From an uncultured virus (IMG/VR IMGVR_UViG_2667527737_000002) (taxonomy: Duplodnaviria > Heunggongvirae > Uroviricota > Caudoviricetes), in the IMG/VR virus record IMGVR_UViG_2667527737_000002: 64,000 nucleotides of DNA; one strand, given 5' to 3'. Under the pieces are notes generated by a model that worked only from the letters and a program-made list of their open reading frames with translations, ran no database searches and had not been told where the DNA came from. Of the stretch, positions 49,804 through 59,235 are shown piece after piece (position 1 is the first letter of the stretch; each line of letters begins with the position of its first letter). The position numbers were made by a program, and so were the translations under genes.

Positions 49804-52146
49804 ATGGCCGAACTTAACCCGCCACTGGGCACGACGACGCCGGAAATATTCATGGACAACGTTAAGCGCGCTGACGAGCTGGTTAACGGTCCGGCCGGAA
49901 CGGTTGACGACCGCGGCGGTGAACCGCTCGATACCTGGCGCCAGATGATGGCGAAAAACGATGAGGTAAGGCAGAACCTGATCCCACTTAGTAAGCAGTA
50001 TCAGACGCTGGCGGCAGCGCAGGCGGATATTGTGAATATTCCGGTGGGGTCGACCACGTATTACCGTAGCCCGGATGACAGCGCTTTAGCTGTAGAAGTG
50101 ATCAATAACGCCGGTACGCTGCAGCCTACCGGGCGGAAAATGCCATCTTATTCTTCGCTACGCGGGGCGAACATTCTGTTTGATGCTCTGAATGAATATT
50201 CAGCAAATGATCCTAAATTCGGTGCGTGGGACTGGTATCGCGGAGCAGTGGTCACTTTCAGCACTACTGATGCTAATATTCCGTTACCGACTCCAGTGGC
50301 ACAGTATTCCGGCGTATGGTCTGCAGATAAATATTATGACCTTGCCCGCCTGCCTGTAAGGGTTGGTGATAAGTTAACCTTTTCCGTGCTGGCGTGGTTC
50401 CAGGATGCCGGTGCTAAGTTCCATATTTTCTGGATGTCCACCGCTGGCGCTGTTATTTCGTCTAAATCACAGCTTGCTCTGGCCGCCGGTATAAATACGC
50501 CGGTTATCACAGATGTCATTCCATCCGGCGCATCCTACGTCAGGATCCGGGTTGAAAATACTACGGCAGGGATATTTAAGGTCGGTGCTTATGCTGCTGC
50601 GTTGGGGGCTATTCAGCCTGATTTTGTTCGCGCCACGCCGGATAAAACTTATCTGTCAGCCGTCATATCATCCGGTATTTCGGGGTTAACATCACGCGTC
50701 GATGCGCTGCAGGGGGCTATCTCTGTTGGTTATGCTTATGCAGCTGCCTGGCAAGTCGGGAAATTTATCAACCCAACTACAGGGGCCATCACTGATAACT
50801 CTGCGCTGAACTGCGCAATCATTCCGCATTCCGACGGGGATGGCTGGCTGGTGACAGCCCTTGTGACAGGATCGGCGACTGCTCTGGCCGTGTACATGAA
50901 CAGCGCCGGGATGGTATTGGGTGTTGAAGGGCGGGGAACGGCAACCCCGCAGCAGTATACAAATTATCGTCTGAACGTTCCTGCCGGGACAACACAGATC
51001 GGTATAACCGGTCGTAACTCTGCGGAAATTCCTGTTAAAAAACTTGCTGTCGTTGAGACGGCCACAGTTCTGGCATCGATCGATTCTCTGGATGTCAGGG
51101 TACAGACAATAGAGGACTCTCTTGTATATGATTTTATTAAACAGGACGTCACGATTACCTCAGGAGCATATATAAACCGTGCTGATGGCAGTGTGGTGGT
51201 AAATGCTGCATTTGACTGTGCAATTTTTAATTATACAGCAGGAGACCGCTGGAAAGTCACAGCGAGGGTTAACGGCAGTGGAGTTTCACTCGCGGTGTAT
51301 ATGAACAGTGCCGGGACGGTTATCGGCACCGAAGGGAACGGTACTACAGAATCGGTGGACTACACCGATTACGAGCTAACACCTCCTTCCGGCACCGCCA
51401 AAATCGGGATTACCACCCGTATAGCTGTGCCCATTATTGCCAAAAAATATGTAGTCGTACCCGGCGGAGGAAGTTCGGTGAGTCCGTGGTCTGAAAAAAT
51501 TATCGATGTGATGGGTGACAGCAACGTTGCCTATAACAAATGGCAACCCCTTGTCGCGGAGGCGCTGGGGTGTTCATTCCTGAATCATGGTATCGGTGGT
51601 TCGAAAATAGCCAAACCGGATAGCTCATCAACGCAAATCAGCATGTGCGACGATGCTCGAATTAATGCCCTGGACACATCAGCAGCGGCGTGGATTTGTG
51701 GCCCGTGGGGGACAAATGACTGGGCGCAAAATATTCCGATTGGAACTATCACCGACACAGTAAACACAACTGTTTATGGTGCGCTGAACATCATCGCTCA
51801 GAAGTTGCGTGCGCGGTTCCCAACAAAACCTATCCTGTGGGCCACGCCGTTCAATGGGGACTATGATTCTCCACGCTCAGCGGCATGGGTTGACGGTGAA
51901 ACAAATGGTTATGGGCGGGTTTCTGACTATGCAGCGGCCATACGCGCCGTGGCGTTGCGATATGGATTCCCCCTAATAGACCTTAACGCTGACTGTGGCT
52001 GGACAAAATTCAATAGCACCAGTTTTTTGTTAACCGAGGGGGATACAAATCCGTCCCGTATCCACCTCAATGCAGACGCGGGGCCTGTACGAATTTCTTC
52101 TCTGGTAACAGACCGACTTACTGCTCTTCAGAAACTGGTTGGCTAG
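49804..52146 (+). CDS. Tail spike/RBP 1 with C-terminal SGNH esterase
   Basis: Shared N-terminal anchor; GDS, GIGG, GTND, RIH. Confidence 0.85.
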   Translation: MAELNPPLGTTTPEIFMDNVKRADELVNGPAGTVDDRGGEPLDTWRQMMAKNDEVRQNLIPLSKQYQTLAAAQADIVNIPVGSTTYYRSPDDSALAVEVINNAGTLQPTGRKMPSYSSLRGANILFDALNEYSANDPKFGAWDWYRGAVVTFSTTDANIPLPTPVAQYSGVWSADKYYDLARLPVRVGDKLTFSVLAWFQDAGAKFHIFWMSTAGAVISSKSQLALAAGINTPVITDVIPSGASYVRIRVENTTAGIFKVGAYAAALGAIQPDFVRATPDKTYLSAVISSGISGLTSRVDALQGAISVGYAYAAAWQVGKFINPTTGAITDNSALNCAIIPHSDGDGWLVTALVTGSATALAVYMNSAGMVLGVEGRGTATPQQYTNYRLNVPAGTTQIGITGRNSAEIPVKKLAVVETATVLASIDSLDVRVQTIEDSLVYDFIKQDVTITSGAYINRADGSVVVNAAFDCAIFNYTAGDRWKVTARVNGSGVSLAVYMNSAGTVIGTEGNGTTESVDYTDYELTPPSGTAKIGITTRIAVPIIAKKYVVVPGGGSSVSPWSEKIIDVMGDSNVAYNKWQPLVAEALGCSFLNHGIGGSKIAKPDSSSTQISMCDDARINALDTSAAAWICGPWGTNDWAQNIPIGTITDTVNTTVYGALNIIAQKLRARFPTKPILWATPFNGDYDSPRSAAWVDGETNGYGRVSDYAAAIRAVALRYGFPLIDLNADCGWTKFNSTSFLLTEGDTNPSRIHLNADAGPVRISSLVTDRLTALQKLVG

Positions 52147-52180
52147 CCACCAGTCTAACGTTGCTGCCTTAAACATGCTG

Positions 52181-52213
52181 AACTCCCCCGGTGTGCCTCC
52201 GGGGGAGTTTTTT
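52181..52213. terminator. Terminator between convergent RBP modules
   Basis: AACTCCCCCGG/CCGGGGGAGTT stem, T-tract. Confidence 0.8.
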
Positions 52214-52970
52214 AATCCATAGATAATAAGAACTGCGCAACAGAAACCTTCTCTGCTGAAGTAAGCACGCCCTCCATCAACAAAACCGACTTGATATACT
52301 TGGTCGTTGTTTCGTTGTTGTTATCAGTTTTCCTCCCCAGCAGGACATTATTTGTTCCGGCCACTCGGGTCCCAGAGAAAGCAGCTGATGATGATATCAG
52401 TGCCCCGGTCTGCGGGTTGTAAATATCAACGGTTACCGTCCCCTGGGTTATCGAGGCAGCAAACGCGAACAGATCACCTACGGCGATAGAGGCCGGGAAT
52501 GCCGCATAGGCATACCCGGCCGAGGACTGACCATTATTCTGGCCTACACAAAAGAGATTCCCGGTCCCGTTCGTGAAGCCAATTGAAAAGCCACTCGCTG
52601 CTGAACCGCTACCTGAAAAATCTGCGATCATATGGGCGTTCAGTGAAGCCCCTCCGGCATTCCGTTTAGCCACACCACAGATTGTCAGCGTCAAAGGTGC
52701 TTTCTGGTTTGTATCCAGATAATCAGTATTGTTAACAGAGATATAACCGTCAGCATTATTCAGAGAACCATTGATGACGGCCGGAGCGTTTTTGTTATAG
52801 GAGTTATAAGTGATATCAGGCGCTGGCTCTCCAAAATAATAACCAGCGAACGGTGTTGCACTGACATCCGGGAGCCCGACGAACCAGTTTGAAATAGTAA
52901 AGTCATCAAGGGTTTTCATCCCCGGTATGACGGGACCGTTCATATCAAGTAAAATGGCTGTAATAGGCAT
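52212..52970 (-). CDS. Beta-sandwich (lectin-like) accessory tail protein of module 2
   Basis: 2 nt after RBP2 stop; Gly/Ser/Asn-rich beta pattern. Confidence 0.6.
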   Translation of the reverse strand: MPITAILLDMNGPVIPGMKTLDDFTISNWFVGLPDVSATPFAGYYFGEPAPDITYNSYNKNAPAVINGSLNNADGYISVNNTDYLDTNQKAPLTLTICGVAKRNAGGASLNAHMIADFSGSGSAASGFSIGFTNGTGNLFCVGQNNGQSSAGYAYAAFPASIAVGDLFAFAASITQGTVTVDIYNPQTGALISSSAAFSGTRVAGTNNVLLGRKTDNNNETTTKYIKSVLLMEGVLTSAEKVSVAQFLLSMD

Positions 52971-52972
52971 AA

Positions 52973-54724
52973 TTACTCCTGAAAAAATTCTTTTTTGATT
53001 TTATTTATCAATATATATGCGCCAAGAGAGCTCAGGTGCAAACCATCCTCCCAGGCCCCATTGCTGTTATCGTACGTTTTCGAGAATAGCTGATATCCAC
53101 TAATGAAGTTGACGTTATACTCAACAGCCAGTTCACGCATGACAGCATCGTACTCTGACAGAGCTGGAGTACCAGTTGCATTACAGTGACCCGGTGACAC
53201 CAGGCAAATACAGATGCCGGGCGTAGCTTCCCGAAACTTTGTAATTATTTCCACCAGTCCATTTCTATATTGCGTTGTCCCCTTGCTTAACCTGAAATCG
53301 TTTGTACCAAGGATGACGAACAACAAATCAATATCGAGATACTGTACAACAGGTTTGATCCACTCAGAAAAATTAAAGAAATCACTTCCTATAGCCCCGC
53401 CATTCCCCATCCTTGAAACCGTTACGCCGGAACGCACAGCGCTGTTCTTTCCATACATCCCCAAAATGGATACAACCCCACTTCCCAGGCTCTGAATCGT
53501 TACGCTATGGGCTGTTGCGGATAGCCCACTGATATCGTGCTTTTTAGCTGCTCCGGTGTTCGCACCATTGACTGTTACAGGTGTGCCGCCATCAATTGTG
53601 ATGGTAAACGAACCGGAACCATCATAATAGAAAACTGAAAGAGCGGTTGCTGTAATACCGGTCCAGGCCAGAGACCCAACAGTATTGTTATTGTAATACC
53701 CATTCCCATCAGGTCCGCATCCATACGGTGGCGGGTTCGTGTTATTACTCCCTCCATCATATTTCGTAAAGTTTGTTGCAACGACAGGCGATATGCCAGC
53801 CATGACACCATCAGCGCGGTTAGAGCAACTTATCCAGGCCGGGTCTTTATATATCCCACCAAGAACATTAATTAATAATTGTGGAATCGTGTTTTTTTCG
53901 TTCCATGAGTCACCAAAAAAAGCGGTATTAACACTCGCTGCCTGCCCACTGAAAACACGACCTTTTTTAAAGTTGAACTTATACTGGTCTCCTTCAATAA
54001 ATGAACTGTCTGATTTTGCAGAAGCCCCACCGACAAGATTTAAGATATACTTTTCAATATTTGGCCCAAATCCATAACCGTCATACATACCGTTATGGAA
54101 CCATGCATAAACATTTCCATTTCTGTCGTGAACAAACGGAAAGTAATTTGGAGAGTAGTCTCCCTGGGGGAGAAATTTTTGTGCCCAGGCGTTAGGTACT
54201 GACTCAATGATTGTTCGTGCATTAGCGCCAAAATCAGCAACGTCCCAACGTCCACCATCAAACCACGCGTAAACATTTCTGTTTCTATCGAAAAAAACAG
54301 GAAACCATGTCGACAGGTATTGACCAGGGACGAGTCGCTGATTGAGCTTTTTGTCGATGGTTTCTTCTGAGGGCAACACATTCCCGGTGGGTACCAGTGT
54401 TCCGGCTTCGTTTAAATACTCAATTGCTACTGCGTCGTCAGTGCTGCGGACATAGCAAACTGAGTCCACCGGTATCTGACCGTTGTTCACGGCTGCCTGT
54501 GCTTCCGATAATGTCGAATAGGGTAATCCAAGCGCAGTAATACTTTTGCGGGCGTCTTCAGTAACCTGATCATTTTTCGCCATCATTCCGCGCCAGGTAT
54601 CCAGCTCAACGCCAGCGCGATCCGGCTCAGTCAGCTCGGACCCATTGACCAGCTTATCCAGGCGCTCGGCATTATCGAGCAGCACAGCGGGAGACGTGCT
54701 CCCCAGCTCCGGGTTAAAGGCCAT
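52973..54724 (-). CDS. Tail spike/RBP 2 with SGNH esterase
   Basis: N-terminus homologous to RBP1; GDSW, GNGG, GTND, DGLH. Confidence 0.85.
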   Translation of the reverse strand: MAFNPELGSTSPAVLLDNAERLDKLVNGSELTEPDRAGVELDTWRGMMAKNDQVTEDARKSITALGLPYSTLSEAQAAVNNGQIPVDSVCYVRSTDDAVAIEYLNEAGTLVPTGNVLPSEETIDKKLNQRLVPGQYLSTWFPVFFDRNRNVYAWFDGGRWDVADFGANARTIIESVPNAWAQKFLPQGDYSPNYFPFVHDRNGNVYAWFHNGMYDGYGFGPNIEKYILNLVGGASAKSDSSFIEGDQYKFNFKKGRVFSGQAASVNTAFFGDSWNEKNTIPQLLINVLGGIYKDPAWISCSNRADGVMAGISPVVATNFTKYDGGSNNTNPPPYGCGPDGNGYYNNNTVGSLAWTGITATALSVFYYDGSGSFTITIDGGTPVTVNGANTGAAKKHDISGLSATAHSVTIQSLGSGVVSILGMYGKNSAVRSGVTVSRMGNGGAIGSDFFNFSEWIKPVVQYLDIDLLFVILGTNDFRLSKGTTQYRNGLVEIITKFREATPGICICLVSPGHCNATGTPALSEYDAVMRELAVEYNVNFISGYQLFSKTYDNSNGAWEDGLHLSSLGAYILINKIKKEFFQE

Positions 54725-54747
54725 ATTTTTTGCTCCAAAAAAGAGGC

Positions 54748-54773
54748 TTCGCCCAAACGAGGGTTTGAGCGTA
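54748..54773 (-). repeat. Right invertase crossover site
   Basis: Reverse complement matches left site at 25/26 nt. Confidence 0.85.
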
Positions 54774-54816
54774 AGAGTAGAGCTTTTTACAATCAGCTAT
54801 TTCAACGGGTTACAAC

Positions 54817-55365
54817 ATGCTGATTGGCTATGCACGGGTCTCTACAGGGGATCAAAACCTCGATTTACAGAAAAACGCGCTGATCCGCGCAGAATGTGAG
54901 CTGGTTTTTGAAGACACGGCCAGTGGGAAGAATGCCAGGCGGCCAGGGCTAAAACGCGCGATGCGACGACTCCGATCGGGGGACGTGCTGGTGGTGTGGA
55001 AGCTGGACAGGCTGGGCCGCAGCGTGCGCGATCTGATTACGCTCGTGTCGGAGCTACAGGCGCGCGGGGTGAATTTCCGCAGCCTAACCGACAGCATCGA
55101 TACCAGTACTCCAGCAGGCCGCTTTTTTTTCCACGTCATGAGCGCCCTGGCGGAAATGGAGCGCGAGCTGATCGTCGAGCGTACCCGAGCGGGGTTAGCC
55201 GCAGCGAGAGAGCAGGGGAGAGTAGGCGGGCGCCGCCGGGTAATGACCACTGAGGTTGTGGAGCGGTGTCGCAGAATGCTGGAGAACGGCGCTACCCGGC
55301 AGCAGGTAGCAGATGTCATCGGGGTAGGAGTGAAGACTATTTATAAATATTTTCCTGCCCAATAA
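54817..55365 (+). CDS. Serine DNA invertase (Pin/Gin/Hin family)
   Basis: GYARVST, LDRLGRS, C-terminal HTH. Confidence 0.95.
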   Translation: MLIGYARVSTGDQNLDLQKNALIRAECELVFEDTASGKNARRPGLKRAMRRLRSGDVLVVWKLDRLGRSVRDLITLVSELQARGVNFRSLTDSIDTSTPAGRFFFHVMSALAEMERELIVERTRAGLAAAREQGRVGGRRRVMTTEVVERCRRMLENGATRQQVADVIGVGVKTIYKYFPAQ

Positions 55366-55520
55366 AGCGGTCCACCGGCGAGTTGGTTGCGGTGTTTGAC
55401 GGTGATTAACGGGCTTTCTTATACGAAATATGCTTAAGACACTCATCTTTTAATGTGACATTAAGCGGTGGTGGTATAGAATTATCTAAACTGGACATAA
55501 CATGTTAATAAATAGGGGGT

Positions 55521-56141
55521 TTGATGTCAGTCTCTAAAGATTTCCTGCTTTCGGTATATGAGCGGTGCAATGAACATTTGAAAGAACAATCGACCAAGCG
55601 TGATCAGGCAATAGCTTTTTATTTGGTTGTTATATCGTTTTATTTCGGCTCATACTCAGCAATTAGCAAGTTATTGGTAAGTCCGTACTCCCCTATTTTT
55701 TTTAATGTGGTTATATGTCTGATTAGTGGTATGACAATCAGAACGTTGTCTGGTTTACGTTCATGGCATATGCAATATGCCAACTCGGCGTTAGCGCTTA
55801 ATAAAGTGATATCGAAAAACATCTTTGAATTAGATGCTCTTAATTTAGAGATTAAGTCTTTCTTCGATAAGAAAGAAAAGGAATATCATGAAATGTCGCT
55901 TGCTAAAATGTTCTCTGGTATTGAAAATCGAGTCATTCTTGGGATGACTCTTATTTCCGGGTTTCCGGTTGTGATGTTAGTTAAAGAGGTTATGTCTTTA
56001 CTCAAAGTAAGTAATAAAGAAATCATAGTGTTAGTTGAGTGCGCGTTTTACCTGGCATATGTTGTATATTATTTCTACAATACTATAATGATAATTCGCG
56101 AGTCAGCAAATCATAAAACTTGGATTGTAAATTTTGAATAA
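55521..56141 (+). CDS. Four-TM membrane protein
   Basis: Two pairs of hydrophobic helices; overlaps NUDIX start. Confidence 0.8.
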   Translation: MMSVSKDFLLSVYERCNEHLKEQSTKRDQAIAFYLVVISFYFGSYSAISKLLVSPYSPIFFNVVICLISGMTIRTLSGLRSWHMQYANSALALNKVISKNIFELDALNLEIKSFFDKKEKEYHEMSLAKMFSGIENRVILGMTLISGFPVVMLVKEVMSLLKVSNKEIIVLVECAFYLAYVVYYFYNTIMIIRESANHKTWIVNFE

Positions 56142-56613
56142 GATTATTGTTGAAAATCAATACGTGACGGTGTTTTTTAATGACTCCGGGCACTTGCGCA
56201 TAAGCCAAAAGCATGGAGGTGTTGTTGTTATTCCTGAGTGTAATGGAAAGTACGCATTAATTCAACATTCAAGAAATGGTGTTGTGCTTATTGAGTTTCC
56301 AAGAGGGTTTATTGAAAATGGTGAATCTCATATAGATGGTGCTGAACGCGAACTTAGAGAAGAATTGAATCTCGTTTCGGTCAATAGCTATTTATTAGGT
56401 GAATTGGTTACTGATTCAGGATTGATTACTGACAATGTTCGGGCTGTTATTTGTGAAGTGAAAGATACATCTCAGTTATTATTGCAATCAAGCGAGGGTG
56501 TTATAGGTTGTGATTATTATACTTATGATGAAGTTATTGAACTTGTAAAGAATGGGAAGGTTAAAGATAATTTCACCTTGGCCTCATTAATGCTATTACA
56601 GGCTAACAGGTAA
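56134..56613 (+). CDS. NUDIX hydrolase
   Basis: GFIENGESHIDGAERELREELNL Nudix box. Confidence 0.92.
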   Translation: MNKIIVENQYVTVFFNDSGHLRISQKHGGVVVIPECNGKYALIQHSRNGVVLIEFPRGFIENGESHIDGAERELREELNLVSVNSYLLGELVTDSGLITDNVRAVICEVKDTSQLLLQSSEGVIGCDYYTYDEVIELVKNGKVKDNFTLASLMLLQANR

Positions 56614-56841
56614 TGTTTCACAGGCAACCCTATGGCCGTTTAATTTGTTGAACGTTTCAGCGACCGTATACAAAAACTCGTCAAGAGCTGTTTACTATGG
56701 AGTCAGTGTTATAGGTATGGGGGCATAATGCTGGATTTGCACTGCTCGCACAACCGTCAAACAGTTCAGTATAGAAAACGCTCGTTACTCATTACATCAA
56801 TGTGTTACGTCAATGGCGTAAATTGATAGTCAGAGCCTATA

Positions 56842-56883
56842 TTGATATGTCGCCCTGTTAAAACTACTGTATATAAAAACAGT
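56842..56883 (+). promoter_or_regulatory. umuDC promoter with LexA box
   Basis: TTGATA-17-TACTGT; CTGTATATAAAAACAG at 56867-56882. Confidence 0.88.
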
Positions 56884-58793
56884 GTGCGCCGGGAGACCGG
56901 TTAGAGATCAAGGGGTGAAAGTCCCCGACCATTGAAGGACCAGCAATCCACAAGGTCCCCGAGTCATGCGTTGCATACCGCGAGGTATGGGGCGAAGCGT
57001 TGACAGGGGTGTTGACAGGCCAGCCATTGAGCCACGAAATGTATATTAAATTACCGGGTGCCGACGTTGTACTGTTAACGGAAGGCAACATCATAGGGTG
57101 CGATACTGCGAGTGCCACATGGACCCGGCGGGGTCTGAGACCCTGGCATGTCAATACGATCTCTACGCGGGAACCGGGAGATCTCCCCTCTGACCATCTG
57201 CCAGTGTCGGAGATGGCCCGCACCGGGAAGACGAGGAGTCATAGCCGGTGATGTACGGAGAGGAGAAGTCGGACTCGCTCATAGTAGCGGCGAAGCAGGC
57301 GAACAACCCGAAAGGAGCGGAGTCAGTGGAGCGAAGGAGCGGGGCCAAGGGGAACGCGGAACAGCCACACATGCGCCGGACACAGAGCCGGGAAAGCATG
57401 TCACAGAGGCTGTCACGCGTGCGGGAAGCTGCGAAGCAGCGGAAGAAAGAACGGTTTACAGCATTGTTCCACCTGCTGACAGTCGAAGCACTGGAAGCCG
57501 CATTCCTCTCCCTGAGCAGGAAAGCGGCCGCCGGAGTGGATGGCATCAGGTGGATGGACTACGCCGGAAACATGAAGAACAACATAACAGATCTGCACCG
57601 GAGGCTACATCAGGGCAGCTACAGGGCGCAGCCCGGCAGGCGTCACTACATCCCAAAAGCGGATGGAAAACAACGCCCGCTCGGCATCGCCTCGCTGGAG
57701 GACAAGATCGTCCAGTATGCGCTGGTGAAAATCCTGAACGCAGTCTATGAAAACGACTTTATGGGGTTCTCATACGGGTTCAGACCCGGGCGAAGCCAGC
57801 ACGATGCACTGGACGCACTGGCCACAGGGCTGGTACGCACTAACGTAAACTGGGTACTGGATGCCGACATCAGTCAGTTCTTCGACAGGGTGAGCCACGA
57901 ATGGCTGATCAGGTTCACAGAGCATCGGATCGGCGACCGGAGGGTAATCAGGCTCATACGTAAGTGGCTCACAGCCGGGACGTCGGAGGAGGGTCAATGG
58001 CGAGCAACGGAGGAAGGCACCCCACAGGGTGCGGTCATCTCACCGCTGCTGGCAAACATATACCTCCACTACGTCTTCGATCTGTGGGCGCATCAGTGGC
58101 GACGTCGCTATGCCACAGGCAATGTGGTAATGGTCAGATACGCCGATGACATCGTCATCGGGTTCGACAAACGATACGATGCCCGGCGCTTCCGTATAGC
58201 CATGCAGCGCAGACTGAGGGAGTTCGGACTCACGGTTCACCCGGAGAAAACCCGTCTGATGGAGTTCGGCCGCTTCGCTGCCGAAAACCGTGCCATCAGG
58301 GGAAAAGGCAAACCAGAAACGTTCAACTTCCTCGGGTTCACGCACATCAGCGGGAAAGATCGCAACGGCAGGTTCATGCTGATACGAAAGACCCGCCGGG
58401 ATCGGATGACGGCAACTCTGAAAGCCATCAAAGACGGTCTGCGAAGGCGCTGGCATTACTCAATCCCCGAACAGGGAAAATGGCTCAGGAGAGTGGTTCA
58501 GGGATACCTGAACTATCACTCGGTACCGGGCAACTTCCCCACCATGCAGAAGTTCAGGACACACGTAACAAACCTCTGGCGCCGGGCGCTCAGGCGCAGG
58601 AGCCAGAAGGATGATACGACCTGGACGAAAGCAAACAAACTGGCAGCCGCATGGCTACCAAGGGTTCGGGTTCTTCATCCATGGCCTGTGGAGCGGTTCA
58701 CCGCCAGACACCCGAGGCAGGAGCCCGGTGCGTAAATCGCGCACGCCGGGATCTGTGCGGGGGGTATCCGGTAACGGGTATCCCTACCGCGAC
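56884..58793 (+). mobile_element. Group II intron
   Basis: 5' GTGCG; domain V GAGCCCGGTGCG...CACGCCGGGATC near 58721; 3' ACCGCGAC. Confidence 0.92.
57248..58735 (+). CDS. ltrA: Intron reverse transcriptase/maturase, no endonuclease domain (start may be 57398)
   Basis: RPLGI, GFRPGRS, GTPQG, RYADD, FLGF. Confidence 0.95.
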   Translation: MMYGEEKSDSLIVAAKQANNPKGAESVERRSGAKGNAEQPHMRRTQSRESMSQRLSRVREAAKQRKKERFTALFHLLTVEALEAAFLSLSRKAAAGVDGIRWMDYAGNMKNNITDLHRRLHQGSYRAQPGRRHYIPKADGKQRPLGIASLEDKIVQYALVKILNAVYENDFMGFSYGFRPGRSQHDALDALATGLVRTNVNWVLDADISQFFDRVSHEWLIRFTEHRIGDRRVIRLIRKWLTAGTSEEGQWRATEEGTPQGAVISPLLANIYLHYVFDLWAHQWRRRYATGNVVMVRYADDIVIGFDKRYDARRFRIAMQRRLREFGLTVHPEKTRLMEFGRFAAENRAIRGKGKPETFNFLGFTHISGKDRNGRFMLIRKTRRDRMTATLKAIKDGLRRRWHYSIPEQGKWLRRVVQGYLNYHSVPGNFPTMQKFRTHVTNLWRRALRRRSQKDDTTWTKANKLAAAWLPRVRVLHPWPVERFTARHPRQEPGA

Positions 58794-58814
58794 ATTAATG
58801 TGAGCGAGACTATT

Positions 58815-59234
58815 ATGCAGTTCTACACGCCCGTTGAGTTACGTCAGATCATGCTGCTCCCGTTGTACAGCGACCTTGTGCAATGTGGTTTTCCAAGTCC
58901 TGCGCAGGATTACGTTGAGCAACGTATCGATCTGAACGAGTTGCTCGTTAACCACCCCAGTGCGACGTATTTTGTCAAAGCCGCCGGCGACAGCATGAAA
59001 GACGCCGGCATAGGGGAGGGTGATCTTCTGGTAGTGGATAGCTCAAGGACAGCAGTTCATGGTGATATCGTTATTGCTGCTGTGGATGGGGAATTCACCG
59101 TTAAGAAGCTGCAGCTGCATCCGCGGGTTCAGCTTAACCCAATGAACCCTGCATATTCGCCAATAGTCGTCGGTAGTGAGGACACTCTCGACGTGTTCGG
59201 AGTGGTTACGTATATCATAAAATCAGCTGGCTAA
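58815..59234 (+). CDS. umuD: UmuD (Pol V accessory subunit)
   Basis: [20 protein letters not shown]; 139 aa. Confidence 0.95.
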   Translation: MQFYTPVELRQIMLLPLYSDLVQCGFPSPAQDYVEQRIDLNELLVNHPSATYFVKAAGDSMKDAGIGEGDLLVVDSSRTAVHGDIVIAAVDGEFTVKKLQLHPRVQLNPMNPAYSPIVVGSEDTLDVFGVVTYIIKSAG

Positions 59235-59235
59235 G

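Noticed and set aside
57248..58735. RT as a retron or diversity-generating retroelement near tail genes
   Set aside because: Clear group II intron ends, domain V and maturase; no template/variable repeat pair or msr-msd seen.
58611..59234. 207-aa ORF suggesting an N-terminally extended UmuD
   Set aside because: The extension is intron domain V/VI sequence; the normal 139-aa UmuD starts at 58815.
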